A DNA stretch of 64,000 nucleotides from the NCBI GenBank assembly GCA_965248535.1, contig CBDFJR010000005.1, positions 2,240,001 to 2,304,000 of the forward strand, given 5' to 3'. The notes under the pieces are model-generated. The model was not told the origin of the DNA and did no database searches. It saw nothing but the letters and a program-made list of their open reading frames with translations. The position numbers and the translations under genes are program-made. Position 1 is the stretch's first letter. Each line of letters starts with the position of its first letter. Shown here in pieces: positions 17,484 to 27,007 of the stretch. The stretch comes from Phormidesmis sp. Lineage in GTDB: Bacteria > Cyanobacteriota > Cyanobacteriia > Leptolyngbyales > Leptolyngbyaceae.

Positions 17484-19487
17484 ATGTCAAACAACAGTCC
17501 TACCCTTTATCTATCCCGCCCGATTCTCCAAATCGGTGGAGCCAATGCTCCTGAAGAGTTGATGAAAGATGTGCTGCAAATCTCAGTTGAAGAAAGCTTA
17601 CATCTACCCGCAATGTTCACATTAGTGATTCACAATGTCTATGTGCCAGGAAGCGATCACAGCGAAGCTTGGCAAAATGAGAAATACTTCAAAATGGGCG
17701 ATCGCGTCTCGATCGGCTTTGTGGGCAGCACCACCGAAGATCCAGAATTTAGTAAAGAACAACAAGAAGATCATTTGATCGAGGGCGAAATTACCGCGAT
17801 CGAAGTCAATTTTACGAAGACCTCTGAGGCTCATCTGGTCATTCGAGGCTACGATGTCTCTCATCGGCTGCATCGAGGGCGCTTTAACCGTTCCTTTCTC
17901 AACGTCACCGATAGCGACATTGTGCGAAAAATTGCGGCTGAAGCTGGGATCTCGATCGCTCAAGTCGATAATAGCGGCGCTCCTCATGATTACGTGTTCC
18001 AAGAGAATCAAACCAACATGGAGTTTTTGCGAGAACGAGCCGCCCGGATTGGCTTTGAACTGTTTGTGCAAAACAACAAGCTTTACTTTCGTCAACCGAA
18101 GAGTGAAACCTCTCTGAGTCTCGATTGGTTAGTGGAGATTAGTAGCTTCAGTGTGCGCGTCACAAGTGCAGAACAAGTCAGTGCAGTTGAAGTACGGGGT
18201 TGGGACTATAGCGAAAAGAAATTGATTCAGGAAACGGCAAATGCTGAAAAACTGGTGACTGCGACTGGAAACGGTAAAGGAAGCCGCACCAGCACAGCGT
18301 TTCAACTTAAAGAGTCACCCAAAATGACGGTGGTTGATCAGCCTATTTTTAGCGCGAGTGAGGCAAAGAAAATGGCGCAGGCGCTCTGTAATGAACTAGG
18401 AGGAGAGTATATTTACGCAGATGCCAAAGCTGAGGGAAATCCAAAAATTCGTCCTGGAGGTGTGGTTGAGCTAAAAGGAATGGGCGATCGCTATAGCGGG
18501 AAATATTACGTTACTGAGACGCATCATCTGTATAGTCAGCGCGTCTACCGCACTGATTTTAGCGTGCGCGGCTTACGAGATGGCAATTTGCTCTCAACCC
18601 TTTCTCCACCCACTCGCCTGCAACCTGGACAAACGCTCATGGTAGGGGTTGTGACGCACAACAGCGATCCGAAAGGCTGGGGGCGAGTTAAGGTCAAACT
18701 GCCCACACTGACCGAAACGGACGAAAGCAATTGGGCAAGGGTCATTGGATTGGGGGCGAGCAACGATCGCGGCTTTTATTGCTTACCCGAAATCGAGGAC
18801 GAAGTACTCGTAGGGTTTGAACATGGAGACATTCATCGCCCCTATGTGATCGGCGGGGTTTGGAACGGGAAAGATAAAACCGTGGAAACCGTAAGTGACA
18901 CGATTCAAAACGGCAAAGTTAGACTACGCACAATCAAAACGAGAACAGGACATACCATTCAATTTGTCGAAGAAGATGCTGCTGGCACTCAAGCAGGAAT
19001 CTACATTACGACAACAGGAGGACATAAAGTTCATCTAACGGATAGTGAAATGGCTAAGGGAGCTAGAATTACCACATCAGGAGGACATAAAGTTCATCTA
19101 ATTGATACACCAGACCCTTCGATCAATATCGAAACGGCTGCAAAACAACATCTCACACTAAACGACGTTGAACTTCTGGTCGATCTTCAGACAGCGGGAA
19201 GAATCAGTGCTGAAGCTGGAATCAATATCAATGTTACTGCACCGACCATCACGATCGAAGCCGAGGCCGATGTGAACATCACATCACCTTTGGTCACGAT
19301 CGAAGCCGAGGCCGATGTGAATGTGGCTGCACTTGCTATCACGATCGAAGGCGGGGCTGATGTGAACATTGCCGCACCTGCTATCACGCTCGAAGCGGCT
19401 GTCGCAATCAACATGGTGGCTCCTATCATCTCGATCGAAGGAGTATTGCTCTCTAATGGAATGCCAGTCATGGTCATCCCCGTTTAA
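17484..19487 (+). CDS. vgrG: VgrG-related spike/hub protein (Afp8-like, gp27-gp5 fusion)
   Basis: GYDVSHRLHRGR, QENQTNMEFLRERA, GRVKVKLP, SNWARV, LPEIEDEVLVGFEHGDIHRPYVIGGVWNG. Confidence 0.92.
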   Translation: MSNNSPTLYLSRPILQIGGANAPEELMKDVLQISVEESLHLPAMFTLVIHNVYVPGSDHSEAWQNEKYFKMGDRVSIGFVGSTTEDPEFSKEQQEDHLIEGEITAIEVNFTKTSEAHLVIRGYDVSHRLHRGRFNRSFLNVTDSDIVRKIAAEAGISIAQVDNSGAPHDYVFQENQTNMEFLRERAARIGFELFVQNNKLYFRQPKSETSLSLDWLVEISSFSVRVTSAEQVSAVEVRGWDYSEKKLIQETANAEKLVTATGNGKGSRTSTAFQLKESPKMTVVDQPIFSASEAKKMAQALCNELGGEYIYADAKAEGNPKIRPGGVVELKGMGDRYSGKYYVTETHHLYSQRVYRTDFSVRGLRDGNLLSTLSPPTRLQPGQTLMVGVVTHNSDPKGWGRVKVKLPTLTETDESNWARVIGLGASNDRGFYCLPEIEDEVLVGFEHGDIHRPYVIGGVWNGKDKTVETVSDTIQNGKVRLRTIKTRTGHTIQFVEEDAAGTQAGIYITTTGGHKVHLTDSEMAKGARITTSGGHKVHLIDTPDPSINIETAAKQHLTLNDVELLVDLQTAGRISAEAGININVTAPTITIEAEADVNITSPLVTIEAEADVNVAALAITIEGGADVNIAAPAITLEAAVAINMVAPIISIEGVLLSNGMPVMVIPV

Positions 19488-19504
19488 CAGCCGTTTCCAA
19501 TCAT

Positions 19505-19676
19505 TAAACCTCCTGCACAAACCCAAGAACGCTAAATCCTCCATTCATAGAGGACTCTGAGAAAACTCGCGGTTTCAAAGTCTCCCAGGATAGAGGATTT
19601 AGGAGGCACCAGCCGACCCAAACGCAGCGAGTCTGAAAGCAGTTTATCTCTAGAATTTATTTATGCAAGAGGTCTA
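19505..19676. mobile_element. MITE-like element with terminal inverted repeats (TA[A/G]ACCTC[C/T]TGCA) enclosing a dispersed-repeat pair
   Basis: TAAACCTCCTGCA...TGCAAGAGGTCTA; related element at 61063-61171. Confidence 0.65.
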
Positions 19677-19746
19677 ATCTTGTAGGCTGAGTTGAACCTT
19701 TGTGAAGCCTAATGCTTTTAAACTACGCCACCCACTGAATTTAATC

Positions 19747-19922
19747 AGCAAAAAGACAATCTGCTTTCTCATTTTGTCCATTTACCTGCTCATTTCAGTA
19801 GTTTCCGCAAGCAAAAAGACAATCTGCTTTCTCATTTTGTCCATTTACCTGCTCATTTCAGTAGTTTCCGCAGGCAAAAAGACAATTTGCTTTCTCATTT
19901 TGTCCATTTACCTGCTCATTTC
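19747..19922. repeat. 63-bp tandem repeat, ~2.8 copies
   Basis: Units start at 19747, 19810, 19873; no spacers. Confidence 0.92.
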
Positions 19923-20117
19923 GGGAGATCGCGCACTCGTAATAACCATTACTGTAGGGCAAACGTAAAAAGTTGCTCTCGATCGGGCAAACACAGAATG
20001 AAATTCTCTTGAGCAACCAATTGCATCAGATCCCCACCGTAGCAGGTTGAAACTAGGGAGCAGGCACTCTATCTCCAGAATTCTATTCATGCAGGAAGTC
20101 TATTGATCTGCAACCCA

Positions 20118-20285
20118 AAGCCAGTACGAAACATTTCTACCGTACTTGAACGAAGGAACGCACCGAGTAGGGGCTGCAATGGAAGCTCGTCAATTAGGCC
20201 TGGTGGGGTGAGTGCTGTTGCTCAAGCGACGGGATTAAGTCCCCCTACGATCGCCGCTGAAATGAAGGACTTGCAGGACAAGACA
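20118..20285 (+). pseudogene. ISAzo13-family transposase N-terminal remnant (frameshifted)
   Basis: YETFLPYLNEGTHRVGAAMEARQLG / GGVSAVAQATGLSPPTIAAEMKDL in two frames. Confidence 0.7.
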
Positions 20286-20357
20286 GGCGAAACAAGAGTG
20301 ATAGGGCCTCAATATCGGCTGGCACTTAGGAACGAAACCTAAATAACATGGAATTTT

Positions 20358-20430
20358 GTAGGTTGGATAGAAGCTCTGCGAAACCCAACGATTGCTGAGG
20401 GGTTGGGTTTCATACTTCAACCCAACCCAC
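20358..20430. repeat. GTAG-type REP doublet
   Basis: GTAGGTTGG...GAAACCCAAC...GTTGGGTTTC...CAACCCAACCCAC nested inverted repeats. Confidence 0.65.
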
Positions 20431-20452
20431 GAAGTTATTTAATTCGCGATCC

Positions 20453-21187
20453 TTAACCGCTCTGTCCAATCGGTCGAACGATGATTTCGTTCACGTCCAC
20501 ATCTGCTGGTTGCTCGATCGCAAAGGCAATGGCGCGGGCAATGGCATCTGCTGGAATGACGGATTCACGAAACTCCGCTGTCCACTGCGCTGCTTCAGCA
20601 TCGGTGATGGTGCTGGCGAGTTCGGACTGGGTTGTTCCGGGCGAAATCACCGTGACCCGGATATCCGTCGATTCCTGCCGCAGTCCTTCAGAGATTGCCC
20701 ACACTGCATACTTGGTTGCACAGTAAACCGCAGCCGTGGGAAAGACCGCATGTCCCCCGATCGAGGACAAATTTACAAACTGCCCGGATTGCTGCTGCTT
20801 GAAGGTGGGCAAGGCGGCGGCGATGCCGTGAAGGACACCGCGAATATTTACATCAATCATTCGGTTCCATTCGTCGATCTTCAATGCCTCCAATTTGGAG
20901 AGAGGCATCAAGCCTGCGTTGTTGACCATCACATCAATACGACCAAACTTATCCTTGGCAAAATCGACAAAGGCTTGCATATCTTCAAGATTGGTCACGT
21001 CAAGGGCGCGATAGGCGGCTGAACCCCCTCGATCGCGGATTTCGGTGGCGATCGCTTCGAGGCGATCGGTGCGACGTGCGCCCAGCACAACCTGTAAACC
21101 TTTGTGAGCGAGTAATCTAGCGGTGGCTTCACCAATGCCGCTACTGGCTCCAGTAATAGCAACGACTTTGTTTTCTACATTCAACAT
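20453..21187 (-). CDS. SDR oxidoreductase (YdfG-like)
   Basis: TGASSGIG, NNAG, YCATK. Confidence 0.93.
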   Translation of the reverse strand: MLNVENKVVAITGASSGIGEATARLLAHKGLQVVLGARRTDRLEAIATEIRDRGGSAAYRALDVTNLEDMQAFVDFAKDKFGRIDVMVNNAGLMPLSKLEALKIDEWNRMIDVNIRGVLHGIAAALPTFKQQQSGQFVNLSSIGGHAVFPTAAVYCATKYAVWAISEGLRQESTDIRVTVISPGTTQSELASTITDAEAAQWTAEFRESVIPADAIARAIAFAIEQPADVDVNEIIVRPIGQSG

Positions 21188-21266
21188 GATGACTTTCCTG
21201 ACTGTTGAAGTTAATTTGAACTATCTGATTCTTGCTATAGCTCCGGTGACTAAAGCTACTTTGCTC

Positions 21267-22235
21267 TTAAGTATTGCCATGGCTATCCTCAGCAGTTACA
21301 GCGATCGGCTTCCGCTCCAAACGTGTAAACAAACGGAGATTATTGCCATGCCCATCCTCAGCAGTTACAGCGATCGAGTTCAGGTCGGCAACTGTTTGAG
21401 GTGGAAGGTGCAAAACTGCGGCTTTGAGATTCTCGCGTAGATGGTCAACTGACGAGGTTCCGGGAATCAGCAAGATGTTGGGGGAGCGCTGGAGAAGCCA
21501 TGCAAGAGCGACCTGCATGGGGGTTGCCGCAAGTGAGGCTGCGGCAGCCGCGAGCGTAGACGACTGGAGTGGCGTGAACCCACCGAGCGGGAAAAATGGC
21601 ACGAAGGCGATGCCCCGCTGTGCGAGGTCGTCGATTAGAGGATCATCATCGCGATGTGCCAAGTTGTATTGGTTTTGGACGCAAACGACATCGGTGATCG
21701 ACTGAGCCTCTGCGAACTGTTGAGGGGTGATGTTGCTCAGACCAAGATGGCGAATGAGACCCTGACGTTTTAGATCAGCGAGGGCGGTGAGCGGTTCTGC
21801 AATCGACGCTTCGGGCGGTACTAGGGGACTGCCAACTCTGAGATTGACGATGTGGAGCGTTTCGAGACCGAGGTTACGAAGATTGTCGTGAACGGCGGCG
21901 GTGAGTTCCTTCGGCGAGAGAGCAACTTGCCACGATTGATCTTCTGGACGACGCGCCCCGACCTTGGTGACGATCGTCAGATCCTCTGGATATGGGTGAA
22001 GTGCCTGCCGGATAATCTGATTGGTGGTGTGAGGCCCGTAGAAGTCGCTAGTGTCGATGTGATTGATTCCAAGGGCTACCGCCTCGCGTAGAACGGCAAC
22101 AGCAGCATCAACATCGCGTGGCGGGCCCCAGACACCTGGGCCGGCGAGTTGCATAGCACCATAACCCATGCGCTGCAAAGTGATTGAACTACTCGGAAGC
22201 GTAAAACTGCCTCCAAGATTCATTTGCTCAGACAT
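21267..22235 (-). CDS. Aldo/keto reductase (YdbC-like)
   Basis: MGYGAMQLAGPG, IDTSDFYG, IPGTSSVDHLREN. Confidence 0.92.
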   Translation of the reverse strand: MSEQMNLGGSFTLPSSSITLQRMGYGAMQLAGPGVWGPPRDVDAAVAVLREAVALGINHIDTSDFYGPHTTNQIIRQALHPYPEDLTIVTKVGARRPEDQSWQVALSPKELTAAVHDNLRNLGLETLHIVNLRVGSPLVPPEASIAEPLTALADLKRQGLIRHLGLSNITPQQFAEAQSITDVVCVQNQYNLAHRDDDPLIDDLAQRGIAFVPFFPLGGFTPLQSSTLAAAAASLAATPMQVALAWLLQRSPNILLIPGTSSVDHLRENLKAAVLHLPPQTVADLNSIAVTAEDGHGNNLRLFTRLERKPIAVTAEDSHGNT

Positions 22236-22312
22236 GTGCTGTTCCCTCCAGAGATTTTTTAGTTGTTTCAGTCAAGAGCGACAGCGAGGTATGATCTTCA
22301 ACTGGTTTCAGC

Positions 22313-23068
22313 CTATGGGTTGAGCGTCTGAAACATCGTGTCCACATTTCCATTTTCGGGGGCGGAGCGTAGAGGCTTGCAGCGCTCTACCACAACCTCT
22401 TCTACGGTGGGCTGATTAGAGAGTATGTCCATCACCTCAGCAATGAATTCGTCGAGGGGCATAGCGTTAGGATCATTCGCCTGGTGTTCGCCCGTGAGGT
22501 GGGTCTGGACGTAGGGCGGAATAATCTCGATTACCTCTGTTGTCGTGCCTTTGAACTGGTGGCGCAGCGATATCGAGTAGGAATGGATCGCCGCCTTAGT
22601 CGCGCAATAGGTGGGTGTCTGCGCCAGCGGTACAAAAGCTAGCCCGGATGAAACCGTCAGAATGGCGGACTGCGGCTGATTTTGCAGCAGCGGCATCAGA
22701 GCCGCCGTCAGGCGAATGGGGCCAAGCAGGTTGGTCGTGACGATCGCTTCAGCATCCTCCAGATAATTCGGTGGTGATTTGAGATCTTCTGCTTTCATGA
22801 TCCCAGCATTGTTGATCAGCACATTCAGCCCTGGGTAGTCTTGAGCCACTTGCTCACCAAACGCATGAATGCTGTCTCGATCGTTGATATCCAGCAGAAT
22901 GGATTTCATGCCGGGATTAGCCGCCGTCACTTCATCCAAAACCTGTTGTCGCCGACCCGCAATGACAACCTGATTTCCTCGGTGGTGGAAGGATTCAGCG
23001 AGACCGCGACCAATCCCTGATCCGCCGCCCGTAATCAGAATTGTGTTTCCTGTAATCTTCATAATCAT
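22313..23068 (-). CDS. SDR oxidoreductase (DltE-like)
   Basis: ITGGGSGIG, NNAG, YCATK, IIPPYVQT. Confidence 0.92.
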   Translation of the reverse strand: MIMKITGNTILITGGGSGIGRGLAESFHHRGNQVVIAGRRQQVLDEVTAANPGMKSILLDINDRDSIHAFGEQVAQDYPGLNVLINNAGIMKAEDLKSPPNYLEDAEAIVTTNLLGPIRLTAALMPLLQNQPQSAILTVSSGLAFVPLAQTPTYCATKAAIHSYSISLRHQFKGTTTEVIEIIPPYVQTHLTGEHQANDPNAMPLDEFIAEVMDILSNQPTVEEVVVERCKPLRSAPENGNVDTMFQTLNP

Positions 23069-23368
23069 CCTTTAATTTTCTTGTCCAAGCAGATGGTAAA
23101 AGTGCTCAGGACTGACCCAACTAGTACAGCGGTGGTTTTGCCTAGTCCTCAGAGCGATCGCTTTAGTCAGGCGAATCAATGCCTTTCTGATCATTGCCTG
23201 ATGCCTTTTTTGTCCTTCAGCATAGATTCATCCTAGGCTTGAACAGCTTTTCTTCAAATACACAAACCTTGCAGATGATTGCCTAATCCTCTCAAGCAAA
23301 GCGTTAGCAAGGGAAAGAATTCTCTATAATGAGCGGATGAGAATGGTTAAATCAGTCAGGAATGCAGC

Positions 23369-24289
23369 ATGGCGATTGAAACATTGAGCCACGAGGTGTC
23401 GATCGATCAATGTGAAGAACTGGCGGCATTGGTCGATAGACACACCAACGATCAGAGCAACGGTGCCCATGCAACCGCGATCGATTCCTTAGCCTTCATG
23501 CGAGAATGTGATTCTGCCATCACAATACATGGTGTCAGCGAACCGCTGCTCGCCATTGTGGTGCAGGGTCAAAAAGAAGTGTTCCTAAATGAGGAAACCT
23601 ATCGATACGGTGTTGCTCAATATTTGGTTGTTTCGGTAGATCTCCCGCTGAGTGGATGTGCGATCAAGGCAACACCCGATCAGCCATATTTAGGCTTTAA
23701 GCTGGGTTTAGACCCTGTTCAACTCTGTGACATCATTGCTCAAACTAGCCTAGGCATGGAGAAGAAAGACAACTCCGTTCGAGGCTGGTTCATTAGCGAT
23801 GCCGAGCCACCGTTAATTGATTGTGCTATCCGGCTGACGCGGCTTTTAGACACACCACAGGATATTCCATTCCTAGCACCCATGATTATTCGCGAAATCT
23901 ACTACCGTCTTCTGCTCGGTGAACAAGGCGAAGCGGTTCGTCAGATTGCGACATCTGGCAGTACCATGCAGCGCATTGCTGAGGTGATTAAACGGATCAA
24001 AACTGACTTTGTTAAGCCGCTGCGGGTTGAGGATCTGGCTGAACAAGCCAATATGTCTCCTTCGTCATTTCATCGCCACTTTAAGGAAGTCACCTCTATG
24101 AGTCCACTTCAGTATCAAAAACAACTAAGACTGTTGAAGGCACGTCACTTGATGCTGACCGAAAATGTTGATGCCACGAATACCGCCTACCAAGTGGGGT
24201 ATGAAAGTCCTTCACAGTTCAGCCGCGAATATTCCCGCGTGTTTGGTGCGCCGCCGATTCGCGATATTGAGCGCTTAAGAACCGCTTGA
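23369..24289 (+). CDS. AraC-family regulator (YqhC-like N-terminal domain)
   Basis: MSPSSFHRHFK...MSPLQYQK...VGYESPSQFSREY; divergent from the oxidoreductases. Confidence 0.93.
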   Translation: MAIETLSHEVSIDQCEELAALVDRHTNDQSNGAHATAIDSLAFMRECDSAITIHGVSEPLLAIVVQGQKEVFLNEETYRYGVAQYLVVSVDLPLSGCAIKATPDQPYLGFKLGLDPVQLCDIIAQTSLGMEKKDNSVRGWFISDAEPPLIDCAIRLTRLLDTPQDIPFLAPMIIREIYYRLLLGEQGEAVRQIATSGSTMQRIAEVIKRIKTDFVKPLRVEDLAEQANMSPSSFHRHFKEVTSMSPLQYQKQLRLLKARHLMLTENVDATNTAYQVGYESPSQFSREYSRVFGAPPIRDIERLRTA

Positions 24290-24376
24290 GCGAAATTGAT
24301 ATGTTATCTGCGATGTGAGCGTTGACTGAGAAAGGGCGGTAGAATTGGGGTCGAGAACTCACTGGGTCGAGCGGCT

Positions 24377-25273
24377 ATGGTTCCGGCAACACGCAAGCTA
24401 ACGGTGATCGACGGGATCATTCACATTGAGCAGGGCGACCCGCCACGATCGCCTCAAAATCTGCTGCCGACGATGTATGATTTGCCCAGCGAAGACCCAG
24501 AGGAGCCTGGTTTGCCCGACGAATTTCATAACCTGCAACCGCAACTGTTAAGTCGGACACTGAGCTTGACAGGCTATAGCCGGGAGAATTGCTTCACGGC
24601 TTCTGACCTCAACCTTTACTACAACGTGCGTCATCCATTGTGGCACAAGCGACCGGATTGGTTTTTGGTGGTGGATGTGCCTCGGTTGTATGAGCAGCGA
24701 GATTTGCGCCGCAGCTATGTGCTTTGGCAGGAAGGCAGTCCGCCCTCTGTGGTGGTCGAGTTCCTATCACCGGGAACTGAAGCAGAGGATTTAGGGCGCT
24801 TCTATGATGGAACGGTTGAAGGTTCCGATGATCAGGCAACTGCGGTCATTCTAAATGGGGTTGACGAGACAAAGAAGGCAAAACCACCCGGAAAGTTCGA
24901 GGTGTATGAAACGCGGTTGCGTGTGCCACACTATTTTGTCTACAGCCGTTATACCCAATGCTTACGCTATTTCAGGCTAGAGGGTGGACAGTATCAGGAA
25001 CAATCGCTCAATCCAGAACTGTCTCTGGTCTGGCTGGCTGATTTAGACATTGGCTTGGGCATCTGGCAGGGTGCGTTTGAGGGGGTGACTGCTGCCTGGT
25101 TGCGCTGGTGCGATCGAGACGGCAACTGGCTGCTCACCGACACAGAACAAGCCCAAGCCCAACTGCTACAAGCGGCTCATAACCTACTGGCAACTGGAAT
25201 GGAGCTAGAGCAGGTGTCTCAGCTATTGAATCTATCAGAAGCACAATTTCAAGTGCTCTGTTCACTCGATTAA
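24377..25273 (+). CDS. Uma2-family endonuclease-like protein
   Basis: LPTMYDLPSEDPEEPGLPDEFH, RPDWF, VVVEFLSPGT. Confidence 0.9.
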   Translation: MVPATRKLTVIDGIIHIEQGDPPRSPQNLLPTMYDLPSEDPEEPGLPDEFHNLQPQLLSRTLSLTGYSRENCFTASDLNLYYNVRHPLWHKRPDWFLVVDVPRLYEQRDLRRSYVLWQEGSPPSVVVEFLSPGTEAEDLGRFYDGTVEGSDDQATAVILNGVDETKKAKPPGKFEVYETRLRVPHYFVYSRYTQCLRYFRLEGGQYQEQSLNPELSLVWLADLDIGLGIWQGAFEGVTAAWLRWCDRDGNWLLTDTEQAQAQLLQAAHNLLATGMELEQVSQLLNLSEAQFQVLCSLD

Positions 25274-25296
25274 ACCTCCTGCAAGGACAAATCACT

Positions 25297-26388
25297 ATGA
25301 GTTCAAATACTACCCTATTCACTTCGGTTAAGCTTGGCGCTTACGAGTTGCCCAACCGCATTGTTATGGCTCCCATGACGCGCCTGCGGGCCGATGGCTC
25401 CGTGCCTTGGTCGCTCAACGCCACTTATTACGCTCAACGGGCTTCTGCTGGGTTGATTGTGACGGAATGCACGATGGTTTCGCCGTTGAGTTTGGGCTAT
25501 CTGAACTGTCCTGGCATTTACACACTAGAGCAAGTTGAGGGCTGGCGCTTGGTTACGGATGCGGTTCATCAAGCAGGTGGACGAGTTTTTCTACAGCTTT
25601 GGCACTCTGGACGGGTTTCCCATCCCTCTCTATTAAACGGTGAATTGCCTGTAGCACCGAGCGCGATCGCAGCCGTCGGGGATTTGCACACTCCCATTGG
25701 AACTGTGCCAATGGAGGCACCCCGCGCCTTGGAGACTGACGAAATTCCTGGCATCGTCGAACAATTTCGGCAGGGGGCAGAAAACGCCAAGATAGCAGGG
25801 TTTGATGGAGTCGAGCTACATGGCGCATTTGGGTATCTCATTGACCAATTTTTGCAAGATTGTTCCAACCAACGCACCGATGAATATGGTGGCTCGATCG
25901 AGAATCGGGCGCGGTTTTTGCTCGAAGTGGTTGGCGCAGTTGTTGAGGTTTGGGGTGGCGAGTATGTTGGCATCAAGCTTTCTCCCAGCAACACATTCTA
26001 TGGTATGGGCGACTCTGATCCAGAAGCGACCTTTGGCTATGTGATCAAAGCGTTGAACCCATTTGGCTTGGCCTACATTCACCTGATGGAACCGAATGAA
26101 CTCGATTTGCAGAAAGCAGTGCTGAATCCTGTGACTTCTCGCTTTCGATCGTTGTATCAAGGAACAATCATTACCAATGGCGGCTACGATCGCGCTAAAG
26201 GAGATGCCGTTTTGATGAATGGAGATGCTGATCTAGTTTCCTTCGGCAAATTGTTCATTGCTAATCCCGATCTACCCAGTCGGCTGGAACACAATGCTCC
26301 GCTTAATGAACCCGATCCCAAGACCTTCTATGGGCAGGGCAAAGCAGGAGCAGAGAAGGGGTATACCGACTATGCGTTTGCTAACTAG
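25297..26388 (+). CDS. Alkene reductase (old yellow enzyme, NemA-like)
   Basis: NRIVMAPMTR, YYAQRASAG, GFDGVELHGAFGYLIDQFL, FIANPDL. Confidence 0.93.
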   Translation: MSSNTTLFTSVKLGAYELPNRIVMAPMTRLRADGSVPWSLNATYYAQRASAGLIVTECTMVSPLSLGYLNCPGIYTLEQVEGWRLVTDAVHQAGGRVFLQLWHSGRVSHPSLLNGELPVAPSAIAAVGDLHTPIGTVPMEAPRALETDEIPGIVEQFRQGAENAKIAGFDGVELHGAFGYLIDQFLQDCSNQRTDEYGGSIENRARFLLEVVGAVVEVWGGEYVGIKLSPSNTFYGMGDSDPEATFGYVIKALNPFGLAYIHLMEPNELDLQKAVLNPVTSRFRSLYQGTIITNGGYDRAKGDAVLMNGDADLVSFGKLFIANPDLPSRLEHNAPLNEPDPKTFYGQGKAGAEKGYTDYAFAN

Positions 26389-26490
26389 AATTCGTCCAAA
26401 ATAGGGTCATGATTTAACTCCCCAGTTAATCGTATGAGGGCGGTCGTTGGATCGTCCAGCCCATGCTAGTCAAGGGAGTTTAGTTCACTG

Positions 26491-26952
26491 ATGGGCAATC
26501 GCGCAAACAAAAAACTATCACCAGAGAAAGCAATGGACGGAACAGAGATTATCAGTGTTGTTAATAGCATCGCCATTCTGTCTGATTTACGCGATTGGGC
26601 AACTGTGCGCCAGTGTTTTACCGATCAGGTTGCAGTCGATTACACCTCGCTCACGGAAGAACAAGCTGAAACGATCGCCGCTGATGCCTTGGTGCAAAAC
26701 TGGAAGTCAGCTTTTATGAGCACCTTCAAAACTACACAACACCTGTTAGGCACTCATGTCGTTACCATTCAGGGCGACACTGCGACTTGTCTATCTCACT
26801 TTCAAGCGCGACACGTTGCCATTGATGCATCAAAAGGAGTATGGACATTAGGAGGACACTACAACCATGATTTAGTTAAAACTCCGTCTGGCTGGCGCGT
26901 TTGCGGTATGAAAATGACCTGGACATGGGAAGAAGGGATACGCCCCTTTTAA
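26491..26952 (+). CDS. SnoaL-like / NTF2-family protein
   Basis: DLRDW...FTDQVAVDYTSL...TQHLLG...GGHYNHDLVKT..GW. Confidence 0.85.
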   Translation: MGNRANKKLSPEKAMDGTEIISVVNSIAILSDLRDWATVRQCFTDQVAVDYTSLTEEQAETIAADALVQNWKSAFMSTFKTTQHLLGTHVVTIQGDTATCLSHFQARHVAIDASKGVWTLGGHYNHDLVKTPSGWRVCGMKMTWTWEEGIRPF

Positions 26953-27007
26953 TCGGACGATAGCGAACGGGTCTGGAGATGATTAAGTAGAACAAGGAAA
27001 ATTCACT

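Noticed and set aside
19702..19968. 88-aa hydrophobic ORF or CRISPR in the 63-bp repeat
   Set aside because: No RBS and no spacers; the ORF is a by-product of the tandem repeat
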